From an uncultured Acidiferrobacteraceae bacterium (GTDB taxonomy: Bacteria > Pseudomonadota > Gammaproteobacteria > Acidiferrobacterales > SZUA-150): a stretch of DNA of 64,000 bases. The position numbers were made by a program, and so were the translations under genes. Of this stretch, positions 26,931-37,059 are shown one piece after another. The notes under the pieces are model-generated. The model worked only from the letters and a program-made list of their open reading frames with translations. It searched no databases and was not told the DNA's origin. The stretch lies in assembly GCA_913009895.1 (NCBI GenBank), contig CAJVXY010000008.1:9904-73903 (forward strand). Reading direction: 5' to 3'. The first letter of the stretch is position 1. Each line of letters opens with the position of its first letter.

Positions 26931-27560
26931 ATGGAAAGTAGCCTGTCCCCAAGTGCTATTGCTGCCTTGTTCGGAGCGATGGTAATACTGGCGCTGGTTC
27001 CCAGTGTAAGTGTAGTGACTGTTTCTACCCGGTCAGCTGCTTATGGGTTTATTCATGGCGTTTTTGTCACCGTGGGTATCGCTGTGGTAGATATTTTATT
27101 TATTCTAATTGCAATTTTAGGGTTATCAGTTCTTGCTGAGTCCATGGGCAGTTTGTTCTTAATAGTAAAATATCTCGGGGGTGGTTATTTAATATGGTTG
27201 GGGTTCATGTTGTGGAGATCAAAATTAGATGATGTGCACATTGACGGCAGCAAAAAATCTTCCTTGCTGTCCAGTTTTCTGGCAGGATTTTTTATTACCT
27301 TAGGCGACCAAAAAGCGATCCTGTTTTATTTTGGTTTTTTCCCGGTCTTTTTTGATTTGGCTATATTATCCAGTCTGGATGTATCCATGATTATTGCTGT
27401 TATGCTCATTGCACTGGTGAGTGCGAAATTGGGATATGCCTATCTGGCTGATAAAACCAGATTCTTGTTTAGAAACGACAGATTAAGAAAAAGAATGAAT
27501 ATCGCAGCCGGTAGTATATTGATGAGCGCAGGAATTTTTCTGGTCGCAACAACTTCATAG
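26931..27560 (+). CDS. LysE/RhtB-family amino-acid efflux translocator
   Basis: The 209-aa product has ~6 TM helices and a LysE-type organisation (...GFFITLGDQKAILFYFGFFP...). Confidence 0.7.
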   Translation: MESSLSPSAIAALFGAMVILALVPSVSVVTVSTRSAAYGFIHGVFVTVGIAVVDILFILIAILGLSVLAESMGSLFLIVKYLGGGYLIWLGFMLWRSKLDDVHIDGSKKSSLLSSFLAGFFITLGDQKAILFYFGFFPVFFDLAILSSLDVSMIIAVMLIALVSAKLGYAYLADKTRFLFRNDRLRKRMNIAAGSILMSAGIFLVATTS

Positions 27561-27713
27561 CTTCTTAAGCTGTTTTATAGCAAAGTATTGGAACACGACT
27601 GTATTCTATTTATGCCCGCATCGCTGCTTCATTAGTATTTGTCATAGGCGCACTGGTCGTGAGTACGTCATTAGAGAAACCGCTGGCGATATACACACCA
27701 GAGCTGGAGTAAT

Positions 27714-28088
27714 ATGAAAACTTATAAAGGAAGTTGCCACTGTGGGGCAGTTACTTTCGAACTAAAAACTGATGTAAAGAAAATAATTCAGTGCAATTGT
27801 TCAATATGCACCAAGAAGGGTGCATTGCATTTACGAATAACAACGGAAGAATTTTATTTGCTTACGGGAAAAGATGCCCTGGTGCTTTATCAGTTTGAAA
27901 CCCGAACAGCATCACACTATTTTTGCAAACATTGCGGGATACATCCTTATAGTAATCCAAGAATTGCTCCTGACATGGTTAGTGTGAATGTACGATGCCT
28001 TGATGATACTGACATCGCCAGGGACTTTGAGATTGTAAATTTTGATGGCAGGCATTGGCAAGCTGCTGCCGAGGCACTTAAAAAATAA
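27714..28088 (+). CDS. GFA-family (CENP-V/glutathione-dependent formaldehyde-activating) zinc protein
   Basis: The GFA cysteine pattern is GSCHCGAV...CNCSICTKKG...FCKHCG. A GGAG RBS is present. Confidence 0.8.
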   Translation: MKTYKGSCHCGAVTFELKTDVKKIIQCNCSICTKKGALHLRITTEEFYLLTGKDALVLYQFETRTASHYFCKHCGIHPYSNPRIAPDMVSVNVRCLDDTDIARDFEIVNFDGRHWQAAAEALKK

Positions 28089-28154
28089 CATTAATAAGCT
28101 TATGCTTATACTGTGAATAATGAGCCTGGTGTGAATACTGAGTCTGGCGAAAAA

Positions 28155-28418
28155 ATGAGTGAGAGTTGGTATGTTTATATTCTGGAGTGCGCCGATCGTA
28201 CGCTTTATACCGGCGTAACCATGGATGTCAAAAAAAGACTGGATGAGCACAACACAAACAAAAATAAAGCTGCAAAATATGTCTGGGCACGGCGCCCGGC
28301 AAAAATGGTTTATCAGGAGACTGCAGACTCCCGGAGCAGAGCACTTAAACGTGAACACGAAATCAAACAACTAACACGTCAAATGAAGCTGACACTTATC
28401 GGTGAAAACGCTAATTGA
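28155..28418 (+). CDS. GIY-YIG (URI) domain small nuclease-family protein
   Basis: WYVYILECADRTLYTGVTMDVKKRLDEHN...ALKREHEIKQL is the classic stand-alone GIY-YIG ~90-aa family. I prefer the ATG at 28155 to the GTG at 28113. Confidence 0.8.
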   Translation: MSESWYVYILECADRTLYTGVTMDVKKRLDEHNTNKNKAAKYVWARRPAKMVYQETADSRSRALKREHEIKQLTRQMKLTLIGENAN

Positions 28419-28664
28419 GATTTTGACCGTATTTTTTTACCAGTTAAAGTCGCCAGCATTGACCAAAAGTACCGTCAGATCCTGATAAAATGTCTTGTTA
28501 ACGCCATTATACCTCTCATATACAGGCTACACTTTAAGTATATCTAAACCATCAATAACCTTACTTATTAATGGTATTATGGTGGTTTAAGAAAAAATAT
28601 TGGCCAATTTAATAAAATTTTGAATTTTAAATAGCCAGCGCTTGTCATAGGAGAATTACGCCCA

Positions 28665-29540
28665 ATGAGAACATCAATAAGCAGATCTATTTGGGTCCTG
28701 GTTTTGCTGTTTTCTGCTCAGGCGTTGGCAGAAGAATTGGTGCAAACCAGTAATGGCCCGGTTTTTAGGAAAACGACAAGTGTTCATACTTTCGGCGTGG
28801 TGCCCCAGTATCATAATCGAAAAATTATCAGAATCTGGCGCCCGATTCTGGACGAAATTGAGAAACAAACCGGTATTGCTCTAAGCCTGACCGGCGCACC
28901 GACAATCCCTGCATTTGAAAAAAAATTTATGAAAGGGGATCTGGATTTTGCTTATATGAATCCATACCATATATTAAAAGCATCTGATTCACAGGGTTAT
29001 ATCCCGCTTGTCCGTGACGGTAGTCGAAAATTAAGAGGCATACTGGTAGTGAGTAAAGACAGTCCATACAAAAGTGCAGCCGAGCTTAATGATCAGGTGG
29101 TTGCTCTTCCATCGCCGAATGCCCTGGGCGCATCAATGCTTTTACGTGCTGATCTCGAAAGTACATTTGGTGTACAGATCAGGCCGAAATATGTGCAAAC
29201 CCATAGCTCGGTTTATCTGCATGTTGCCAAGGGTCTCGTCAGTGCCGGTGGCGGTGTCATGAGTACATTTATGGCGCAAAGTCCTGATATAAAAGACAGG
29301 CTGCGGGTACTATTTACAACCAGGGGAACAATACCCCATCCCATAGTAGCGCACCCCAGGGTACCCAGGTCCCACATAAAAAAAATAAAATCTGCCCTGC
29401 TTGCGATGGGAAAAACACCGGAGGGTAAAGCATTGCTGGCAAAAATTCCCATTAATGATATCAGGCCAAGCTCTCTAAGTGAGTATAAAACTTTGGCTGG
29501 CTGGGGACTGGATAAATACTACATTCAAAAAAATCATTAG
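28665..29540 (+). CDS. Periplasmic PhnD-like (phosphate/phosphonate-type) substrate-binding protein
   Basis: A signal peptide (VLVLLFSAQALA) is present. FGVVPQYHNRKI...LDFAYMNPY... resembles PhnD-type binding proteins, which are often paired with sensors. Confidence 0.65.
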   Translation: MRTSISRSIWVLVLLFSAQALAEELVQTSNGPVFRKTTSVHTFGVVPQYHNRKIIRIWRPILDEIEKQTGIALSLTGAPTIPAFEKKFMKGDLDFAYMNPYHILKASDSQGYIPLVRDGSRKLRGILVVSKDSPYKSAAELNDQVVALPSPNALGASMLLRADLESTFGVQIRPKYVQTHSSVYLHVAKGLVSAGGGVMSTFMAQSPDIKDRLRVLFTTRGTIPHPIVAHPRVPRSHIKKIKSALLAMGKTPEGKALLAKIPINDIRPSSLSEYKTLAGWGLDKYYIQKNH

Positions 29541-29574
29541 TACAAATTAAAATAGTTTAAAGTTAATAATTTCT

Positions 29575-31599
29575 GTGAAAATACAAACAAAACTTCTTAT
29601 ACCACTTGCTATTTTAGTGCTCGTTTTGTTTTTTTATGTAGAATTTCTCTGGCTTCCCCAATTAGTGAAAACTGTAAAGCAAGAAAATGTTAAGTCAGTA
29701 GAGGCACATATGAGTAGTGTTGTGACTGGCTTGGTGCCATTATTATTAACAAATCAACTGGCGAATATCTACGATAATCTTGACACCGTTAAAGAGCAGA
29801 ATCCACACTGGTTAAGTATTTCATTGTACGACAATAAGAAGAACCTGCTCTATCCTTTGTTTGGATCTAATGGTAAATACACATCTTCATCGATTATCAC
29901 GTTTTCAAAAAAAGTTCTTTATCTCGACAACCAGCTCGGTCGCATGGAGCTAGTTGTAGATCTATCAAGTCAAATTCAGGAAATAAGTTTACTCGAACAA
30001 AAAGTGTTGCTTGTTTTTATGGTTAGCATGATATTTTTTATTGTTGCGGCATTACTGATACTTAACCTGGTTGTTCATTTTCCTTTAACGAAACTTATTA
30101 TGGCCTCAAATGAAATAGCCAAGGGTAATTATGATACAGATTTACCGCCTTATAGCCGAGACGAGGTTGGCAGCCTGGTTTCAAGTTTTAAAGCAATGCG
30201 CAATGCTATAAAAAAATCACAGGAAGCACTAAAAAGAGAGGTCAAAAGTCATAAATTTACTGCTGATGCCCTGTATAAGGAGAAAGAGAGAGTAACCTAC
30301 CATGCCAGCCATGACGCGCTTACAGACCTGGTTAACAGGAGGGAATTTGAGATTCGGGCAAAAGACCTGCTTAATTTGGCACGTAAAGACCATAGCCAAC
30401 ATGCCCTTCTTTATATTGATCTTGATCAATTCAAAATTGTAAATGATACCTGTGGTCATGTAGCGGGTGATTCACTATTACGACAATTAGGTACACTTCT
30501 CGGACACAAGGTGAGAGAAGGCGATACTTTGGCTCGTTTGGGTGGCGATGAATTTGGTGTATTGCTTGAAAGATGTCCCATGGAAAAGGCAATCACTATT
30601 GCCAATGATTTACGCGATGCCGTCTCAGATTTTCATTTCCACTGGGGAGAGAACGTTTTTACGATCGGGGCGAGCATTGGCCTTGTTGCCATCACCAGGG
30701 AGAGTCAGGACATCGAAACTTTGTTGAGTACGGCCGATACGGCTTGTTATGCCGCTAAGGATAAAGGCCGAAATCGTGTTCACGTGTATGAGCCCGACGA
30801 CCAGGAACTGGCGAAAAAACATGGTGAAATGCGTTGGGTGTCTAAAATTAACCTGGCGCTGGATGAAAATAATTTTGTCCTGTACAACCAGCCCATTGTT
30901 GGGGTCAAAAAAGGCCCCAATGATGTGTTATATACCGAGCTGCTTATCAGGATGATAGGTGAAAATAACAAGCTAATCCCACCCGGGGCATTTCTGGCCG
31001 CAGCTGAACGTTATGGCCTGATGGAGAGAATTGACAAGTGGGTTATAGAACATGCTTTTAGTTTTATCTCCAGTGAAATTAAAAAATGCCCGGGAAAATT
31101 TACAGATTGTTATGGCATTAACCTTTCCGGTAGTTCTGTTGGCGATATGGAATTTCTCGATTATATTATTGCCTTGTGTAAAAAATACAATATGCCAAAA
31201 GGTGTAATTTGTTTTGAAATTACTGAATCTACTGCGATATCTGAATTAAACAGTGCGATTCGATTTATATCAGAGCTCAAAAAGTTTGGCTGTAAATTTG
31301 CACTGGATGATTTCGGCAGGGGCCTGTCTTCCTTTGCTTATCTCAAGAACCTGCCAGTAGACTTTCTCAAGATAGACGGGGTATTCGTCAAAGACATACA
31401 TCATGACCCTATCGATCTCGCTATGGTAAAAAGCATTAATGAAATTGGTCATTTAATGGGCATGAAAACCATTGCTGAATTTGTAGAGGAAAAGGAGATT
31501 TATGATTTGCTGAAAAAGATTGGTGTAGATTTTGCCCAGGGAATTTGGGTTGCCAGACCCTACGAACTTGGAAAAAATGAAAATATTGAATCTGCCTGA
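29575..31599 (+). CDS. Membrane sensor HAMP-GGDEF-EAL protein (c-di-GMP cyclase/phosphodiesterase)
   Basis: Two TM helices flank a ~130-aa periplasmic segment. A HAMP region (EIAKGNYD) follows. The GGDEF domain has RLGGDEFGVL and the EAL domain has CFEITES...KFALDDFG...LKIDG. Confidence 0.9.
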   Translation: MKIQTKLLIPLAILVLVLFFYVEFLWLPQLVKTVKQENVKSVEAHMSSVVTGLVPLLLTNQLANIYDNLDTVKEQNPHWLSISLYDNKKNLLYPLFGSNGKYTSSSIITFSKKVLYLDNQLGRMELVVDLSSQIQEISLLEQKVLLVFMVSMIFFIVAALLILNLVVHFPLTKLIMASNEIAKGNYDTDLPPYSRDEVGSLVSSFKAMRNAIKKSQEALKREVKSHKFTADALYKEKERVTYHASHDALTDLVNRREFEIRAKDLLNLARKDHSQHALLYIDLDQFKIVNDTCGHVAGDSLLRQLGTLLGHKVREGDTLARLGGDEFGVLLERCPMEKAITIANDLRDAVSDFHFHWGENVFTIGASIGLVAITRESQDIETLLSTADTACYAAKDKGRNRVHVYEPDDQELAKKHGEMRWVSKINLALDENNFVLYNQPIVGVKKGPNDVLYTELLIRMIGENNKLIPPGAFLAAAERYGLMERIDKWVIEHAFSFISSEIKKCPGKFTDCYGINLSGSSVGDMEFLDYIIALCKKYNMPKGVICFEITESTAISELNSAIRFISELKKFGCKFALDDFGRGLSSFAYLKNLPVDFLKIDGVFVKDIHHDPIDLAMVKSINEIGHLMGMKTIAEFVEEKEIYDLLKKIGVDFAQGIWVARPYELGKNENIESA

Positions 31600-31658
31600 A
31601 TTATTCAACTATATTATCTCTCTGTACAATACCTTGAATCTGACTATCATATAGGTGT

Positions 31659-32822
31659 ATGTCACTGAAATTTATCTCATTTTCGACAGCTTGTTTTTTT
31701 TATTTGACCAGCTTTTATCTATCGCTCATGCCGATAGAGGTATCAGCTGGCCAATTTAATGATGGCGTGGATGCCTATTCGAAAAAAGAATATAAAAAAG
31801 CACTTGGATTATGGTTGCCACTGGCTGAGCGTGGCAATGCAGCGGCACAATATAATGTCGGGTTAATATATCTTGACGGCAAGGGTGTTCAACAAGACTA
31901 TAAAAATGCATTTAAATGGTTAAGAATTGCCTCGCACCAAAAACACAAAAAGGCACAAAACAAACTTGCAGGCATGTATTTATCCGGTCTCGGCATTAGC
32001 CAGGATTATGCTAAAGCATTTCAGTGGTACCAGAAGTCCGCAAATCTTGGGTTGTCAGAGGCCCAGTTTAATCTGGGAGAGATGTATTACCTGGGTAAAG
32101 GTGTCGATAAAGACGAGGCCATGGCAAAGAAGTGGTGGCTCAAGGCATCAGAACAAAATTGGCCTAATGCAAAACTGCGGCTGGCGGGTAAAGACCCGGC
32201 AAGAATAACAACTGTAAATAAAACAATCCCGGCAGGAGATCAGACCATTAATACACCAACTATACCCGGTACGCCGGGTATAACTGGTACCCCGATTCCA
32301 AAAGCTGCAACCATTCGTACAGCTCCAGGACCGGCAATAAATTCAGCGCCAGATGAAGCAGAACAGCAGTACAATTTAGGCCGCAAGTATTACACTGGTA
32401 CCGGCGTGAACAAGAATTTCACTTCCGCATTCAAATGGTGGAAAAAAGCTGCGGAGCAAGATCATCCAGCCGCACAGTATAGTTTGGCGATGCTTTATTT
32501 TACCGGTCGTGGCACAAAACAAAATGACGCCGCCGCTTATAAATGGCTCTCTGAATCCGCTGCCAGGGGAAACCGGAACGCACAAAATAATCTTGGAATA
32601 ATGTATGAGTATGGGCGGGGAACTGAGCAGAATTATGCGCTCGCCCTGAGATGGTATGAAAGAGCGGCTGATAGTGGGCTCTCTCGTGCCCAGTTTAGCC
32701 TGGGGACGATGTATCACTATGGGCGAGGTGTTAAAAAAGATATTGGAAAAGCCAGGTCGTGGTACCAAAAAGCCGCTAGGACCGGGCACAGTGGCGCAAA
32801 AAAAGCCTTAAGTAAACTTTGA
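31659..32822 (+). CDS. Secreted Sel1-repeat (SLR/TPR-like) protein with an internal Pro/Thr-rich linker
   Basis: Repeated A..Y.LG.MY..G.GV..D...A..W...AA units occur on both sides of TPTIPGTPGITGTPIPK. A signal-like N-terminus is present. Confidence 0.85.
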   Translation: MSLKFISFSTACFFYLTSFYLSLMPIEVSAGQFNDGVDAYSKKEYKKALGLWLPLAERGNAAAQYNVGLIYLDGKGVQQDYKNAFKWLRIASHQKHKKAQNKLAGMYLSGLGISQDYAKAFQWYQKSANLGLSEAQFNLGEMYYLGKGVDKDEAMAKKWWLKASEQNWPNAKLRLAGKDPARITTVNKTIPAGDQTINTPTIPGTPGITGTPIPKAATIRTAPGPAINSAPDEAEQQYNLGRKYYTGTGVNKNFTSAFKWWKKAAEQDHPAAQYSLAMLYFTGRGTKQNDAAAYKWLSESAARGNRNAQNNLGIMYEYGRGTEQNYALALRWYERAADSGLSRAQFSLGTMYHYGRGVKKDIGKARSWYQKAARTGHSGAKKALSKL

Positions 32823-32889
32823 TTATTTAATCAAAGTACGTATTATTTTATCCCTACTTATAATCAACCTGGTATTGAGGACAGTAACG

Positions 32890-33648
32890 ATGCAAAGTTA
32901 CCTGCGTTATTTCTTATTGATAGTTTTTATTACATTTCTTGCTGGCTGCTCAGATAAGTCATCGAAAATTGAGAGCCCGATAGAGAATCCACATATAGAT
33001 CAGGCTTCTGAAGCCAATATAGAGGTAAGCGAGGAAACGCTTCTTCTTTTCAAATTAATTGATCAGGATAAGCTTGAATTATTAAAACAAAGATTATCTC
33101 AAAGCAGCAGCCTGGAATCCTGGAATGCAGACGGCGATACATTGCTTATTTATGCTGCTAGTAAGGCAAAAACAAAAGTCATAAAATTACTGCTGGATGC
33201 CGGAGCTGCTGTAAATGCATACGGCGGCCAGGGAGACACCGCTTTATTACGCGCAGCTGCCGGCGGTTCTACGGAAACCGTAAAAACATTAATTGATGCC
33301 AATGCTGACGTAAATACCAGAGGGAAAAAGGATTACCTTGGTGCCAGCCCATTATTTTTAGCAAGCAGTGTCGGGTCGATAGAAATAGTTGAGCTATTGC
33401 TCAAGAGTGGGGCTGATATTAATCTTGGAAATAACAAGGGCGTGACACCACTTATGGATGCAGCCTACGGTAGCCAGGGTATGGTCAAATTGTTATTGAA
33501 ATATGGCGCCAATATAAATGCGCGGGACGAAGACGGGAATAGTGCAATAAGAATTGCCAAACGTGAAGAGCAAAAAGAAATTTATAAAATACTAAAACAG
33601 GCCAAAAAAGAAAATAACAAAAATAAACAAGCCAGGAAAAGACCATAA
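32890..33648 (+). CDS. Ankyrin-repeat lipoprotein
   Basis: From the ATG at 32890 it reads MQSYLRYFLLIVFITFLAGCS, a lipobox. ANK repeats follow (GDTLLIYAA...LLLDAGAAVNA, GDTALLRAA..., GVTPLMDAA...LLLKYGANINA). Confidence 0.85.
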   Translation: MQSYLRYFLLIVFITFLAGCSDKSSKIESPIENPHIDQASEANIEVSEETLLLFKLIDQDKLELLKQRLSQSSSLESWNADGDTLLIYAASKAKTKVIKLLLDAGAAVNAYGGQGDTALLRAAAGGSTETVKTLIDANADVNTRGKKDYLGASPLFLASSVGSIEIVELLLKSGADINLGNNKGVTPLMDAAYGSQGMVKLLLKYGANINARDEDGNSAIRIAKREEQKEIYKILKQAKKENNKNKQARKRP

Positions 33649-33679
33649 AAAAATCGACAAGCACTGAAACACTTGTCGA
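33647..33679 (-). terminator. Rho-independent terminator for the minus-strand AP2 gene
   Basis: An 8-bp stem, tcgacaag (33654-61) with cttgtcga (33672-79), has a 10-nt loop. On the minus strand it is followed by T7 (A-run 33647-53 on plus). Confidence 0.5.
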
Positions 33680-33743
33680 CACAAACAAATCCGGTCTGGC
33701 GCAATATTGGCCAGGCTTTCTCCGTCAGTTATAACTAGTCAGC

Positions 33744-34205
33744 TTACTTTTTCTTCTGGCCTAGAATGATTTTTTCCATTTCCGTCCTGTGCCGCGTGGC
33801 CATAGCCATAGCCTTTTCATCGCCTAGTCTGTGAGCAGAAAACATTTTACGCTTTGGGTTTTCACCAACTTTTGGCGTCCAGGAAGCAACATAGTACTTG
33901 TACTGATATCCGCCAACTGTTTTCCAGAAAATGTTTACACCAACTTGACCGGTTTTATTGCGCTTGTCGCGGCGCCTGATCACACGTTTATTATTGAGCG
34001 GAATTGACAGCTTCTTGCATTCTTTGTTTCGATAGGTTGTCGCGGCTAAGCGAGCGGCACGTTTACTTCCGTGTTGTCCATCTGCAAAAAATTTACTGAC
34101 TTGTTTTCCGTCAATTGGGATTCGTACCTGGTAACCGTGAGTTGCTTTATGATCTATTCGAACAATATAGCGCTGACTATCGGGGTTTTTTTTTCGTAAT
34201 GCCAT
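33744..34205 (-). CDS. Bacterial AP2/ERF-type DNA-binding protein with two AP2-like modules
   Basis: Module 1 is IVRIDHKATHGYQVRIPIDGKQVSKFFADGQHGSKRAARLAATTYRN. Module 2 is GVNIFWKTVGGYQYKYYVASWTP...KRKMFSAHRLGDEKAMAMATRHR. The protein is basic and 153 aa long. Confidence 0.65.
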   Translation of the reverse strand: MALRKKNPDSQRYIVRIDHKATHGYQVRIPIDGKQVSKFFADGQHGSKRAARLAATTYRNKECKKLSIPLNNKRVIRRRDKRNKTGQVGVNIFWKTVGGYQYKYYVASWTPKVGENPKRKMFSAHRLGDEKAMAMATRHRTEMEKIILGQKKK

Positions 34206-34263
34206 AATAATAAATACTTCTAATAAGGTTATTTGTTAATTTGAGCGAGTCCTTACGAGAGAA

Positions 34264-34283
34264 TGTACAGCCTTGTACAGGCT
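34264..34283. promoter_or_regulatory. Two abutting 10-bp repeats, TGTACAGCCT and TGTACAGGCT, in the AP2/oxidoreductase divergent region (candidate operator)
   Basis: The repeats can be read directly. Each contains the palindrome TGTACA. They lie 59-78 nt upstream of the AP2 start codon. Confidence 0.3.
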
Positions 34284-34412
34284 ACTATTATAGCTGAATT
34301 TTTTACTTTTGTGCGTGGTTACTTAATTTTGTTTTCCTAATTTTTGTTAGGGAGTATGCTGGTTGGAGAAATTTTTAACTGTATAACCAGTATTTTACTA
34401 CCTTTTTGATAT

Positions 34413-35534
34413 ATGTCAGATAATTATAGAGACGTAATAATAGTTGGTGCTGGACCCGCGGGTTTGTCTTTAAGCTTCTATTTACAGCTACACAAAATAC
34501 AACACCTGTTATTGGAAAAAAGCAGGCCCTTCAGCCAATGGTATGATCGCTTTGATAATTTTCAGACCAACACGACCGCCTGGATGAACCAATTACCCGG
34601 CGCACCAGAACCAGGGGCGGGCAGGGATCATCTACAGGAAAATCCCAATAAGTTGATGAGCAAAAATCAGATGTTAGCTTATTTACAGCAATATTATCTC
34701 GTTGTTAAACCGCCAATTCAAATACCATGCGAAGTAACAGGGTTTAATTATTTATCCGGCCAAAGTTGGCAGATCAGTTCCTCATTGGGGCAGTTTCAAT
34801 GCAGGCACATTGTGGTCTGTACTGGCAGCGCGGCAAAACCATACCGGCCCGAGCTGGCCAAAACACTGCCGCAACATGTCCAGACACTACATGCCAACGC
34901 TTATCGTCACGCAAGACAACTCCATACCCGCAGGGTTTTGGTAGTGGGTAGCGGTAGTAGCGGTGTCCAGATTTGTGAAGACCTGGCACGTTCGGCCCAA
35001 TTTGATGAAATTATTTTGTCGGTCAGTGGCAACCTGCGTTTTCCCTGGAAAGTACTGGGGATTCCCATACATACAATTGTGAATATTTTGGGGTTATTTG
35101 ATCTGGATGTTGAGTCCAGGCTCGCTCGCTGGATCCTGGGTCAACATACTAATCGAGGCGACCCGGCCACGCCGCCATCACCAAAAGCATTGATCCGGGA
35201 CTATGGCGTTAAATGTGTACAGAAAATAAAATATTATGATTCTGATAACCTGGTAACAGTTACCCGGGAGAAAATTAGCACCCAGGACCTCACCATAATA
35301 TGGTGTACTGGATACAAGCCTGACCACAGCCCGTTTCCTGAATCGATCATGGAGGCCATTCGCCACCAGCCCCGGTGGCCCACAGCCAGTTATGGCAAAT
35401 TGCCAGGTTTCAAGACGTTACACTTTTTGGGTCAGCGGTTTCAATCAACACTGGCGTCACATAGTTTGTACGGAATCAGCCGGGATGCAAAACGGATCGC
35501 CGATCGTATCCAGGCAGACCTGTTTAATCCTTGA
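34413..35534 (+). CDS. FAD/NAD(P)-binding oxidoreductase (flavin monooxygenase-like)
   Basis: It has two dinucleotide-binding motifs: VIIVGAGPAGLS (N-terminal) and VLVVGSGSSGVQI (middle). Confidence 0.7.
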   Translation: MSDNYRDVIIVGAGPAGLSLSFYLQLHKIQHLLLEKSRPFSQWYDRFDNFQTNTTAWMNQLPGAPEPGAGRDHLQENPNKLMSKNQMLAYLQQYYLVVKPPIQIPCEVTGFNYLSGQSWQISSSLGQFQCRHIVVCTGSAAKPYRPELAKTLPQHVQTLHANAYRHARQLHTRRVLVVGSGSSGVQICEDLARSAQFDEIILSVSGNLRFPWKVLGIPIHTIVNILGLFDLDVESRLARWILGQHTNRGDPATPPSPKALIRDYGVKCVQKIKYYDSDNLVTVTREKISTQDLTIIWCTGYKPDHSPFPESIMEAIRHQPRWPTASYGKLPGFKTLHFLGQRFQSTLASHSLYGISRDAKRIADRIQADLFNP

Positions 35535-35623
35535 ATAATCAGGATAGTGGGGTTTTAGCTGGTGTTTTTTTGGTAGCAGCGGTAGAGTTAGCGCCCTTTT
35601 TTTCCAGATTTAGATAGTTAATT

Positions 35624-36976
35624 ATGGCCCAGGGCCTGTACATTAAAACATTCGGTTGCCAGATGAACGAATATGATTCATCACGGCTGTCAGATTTGTT
35701 GGCAGAAAGCCATAATCTGACACTGGTGAATAATGAGGCCGAAGCAGATGTCCTGTTGGTCAACACTTGCTCCGTACGTGAAAAAGCGCAGGAAAAATTA
35801 TTTTCCCATCTTGGCCGCTGGAACGAGCTGAAACAAAAAAATCCCCATATGATCATCGGTGTGGGTGGCTGTGTTGCCAGCCAGGAAGGCCAGGCTATTC
35901 GTAAACGGGCACCTTATGTTGATATCGTGTTTGGACCACAAACCCTGCACCGTTTGCCCGAGATGTTAACCAGTGTGCTAAAAAACAAAAAACCTGCCAT
36001 TGATGTTTCTTTTCCGGAAATTGAAAAATTTGATTGTTTACCAGACCCGCGAGTCGAAGGTGCCACGGCATATGTTTCTATCATGGAAGGCTGTAGCAAG
36101 TATTGTACGTTTTGTGTTGTACCCTATACACGCGGGGAAGAATTTAGCCGGCCTTTTGATGATGTCCTGGCGGAGGTCGTACACCTGGCAAATAATGGTG
36201 TTCGCGAGGTGACCTTACTGGGCCAGAATGTAAATAGTTACCAGGGGTTACGCCATGATGGCGATATGGCAAGCCTGGCTTTGCTTATTCGTTATATAAC
36301 TGAAATAGATGGCATAAAGCGAATACGTTACACCACATCACATCCCCTGTCTTTTACAGATGATTTAATCGATATTTATGGGCATAGCAGCAAACTGGTT
36401 AATCAGCTACACCTGCCAGTACAGAGTGGCTCTGATCGTATTCTTGCATTAATGAAACGCGGCCATACTGTGCTGGAGTTTAAATCAAAAATTCGCAAGT
36501 TACGGCAGACACGTCCAGACATTTGTATATCAAGTGATTTCATCGTCGGTTTCCCTGGCGAAACCGATGCTGATTTTGAGGAGACAATGGGCCTGGTCGA
36601 AGAGATTGGGTTCGATCATTCCTACAGTTTTATATTCAGTGCCCGGCCGGGAACCCCGGCAGCTGATTTGCCTGATGAGACACCCTACAAAGTCAAACAG
36701 GCCAGGTTGGCGAGACTACAGGCCAGGATTAACGAAAATGCAGCTAAAATCAGCCAGGGCATGATTGGTACAATACAAAAGGTGTTAATCCAGGGGCCCT
36801 CCCGAAAAGATCCAAAGAAACTGTCCGGGCGCACCGAAAATAATCGTGTGGTAAATTTCCCTTGCGATAACAATAAGTTAACCGGGACTTTTGTTGATAT
36901 TGAGATTACTGAAGCTTTGCCAAACTCACTCAGGGGCCGTTTATCAGGCCTCCCCGCTGCAGTTAGAACCGTTTGA
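35624..36976 (+). CDS. miaB: tRNA-i6A37 methylthiotransferase MiaB
   Basis: [14 protein letters not shown] is present, with the radical SAM motif [15 protein letters not shown] and a TRAM C-terminus. Confidence 0.95.
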   Translation: MAQGLYIKTFGCQMNEYDSSRLSDLLAESHNLTLVNNEAEADVLLVNTCSVREKAQEKLFSHLGRWNELKQKNPHMIIGVGGCVASQEGQAIRKRAPYVDIVFGPQTLHRLPEMLTSVLKNKKPAIDVSFPEIEKFDCLPDPRVEGATAYVSIMEGCSKYCTFCVVPYTRGEEFSRPFDDVLAEVVHLANNGVREVTLLGQNVNSYQGLRHDGDMASLALLIRYITEIDGIKRIRYTTSHPLSFTDDLIDIYGHSSKLVNQLHLPVQSGSDRILALMKRGHTVLEFKSKIRKLRQTRPDICISSDFIVGFPGETDADFEETMGLVEEIGFDHSYSFIFSARPGTPAADLPDETPYKVKQARLARLQARINENAAKISQGMIGTIQKVLIQGPSRKDPKKLSGRTENNRVVNFPCDNNKLTGTFVDIEITEALPNSLRGRLSGLPAAVRTV

Positions 36977-37059
36977 TAGTTCATGGATTTCAGGTTTATT
37001 TACCACATAACCGGGAAAATCAGCTACAATTTTAAGTATCAGGACACCGATCGCCAGAT

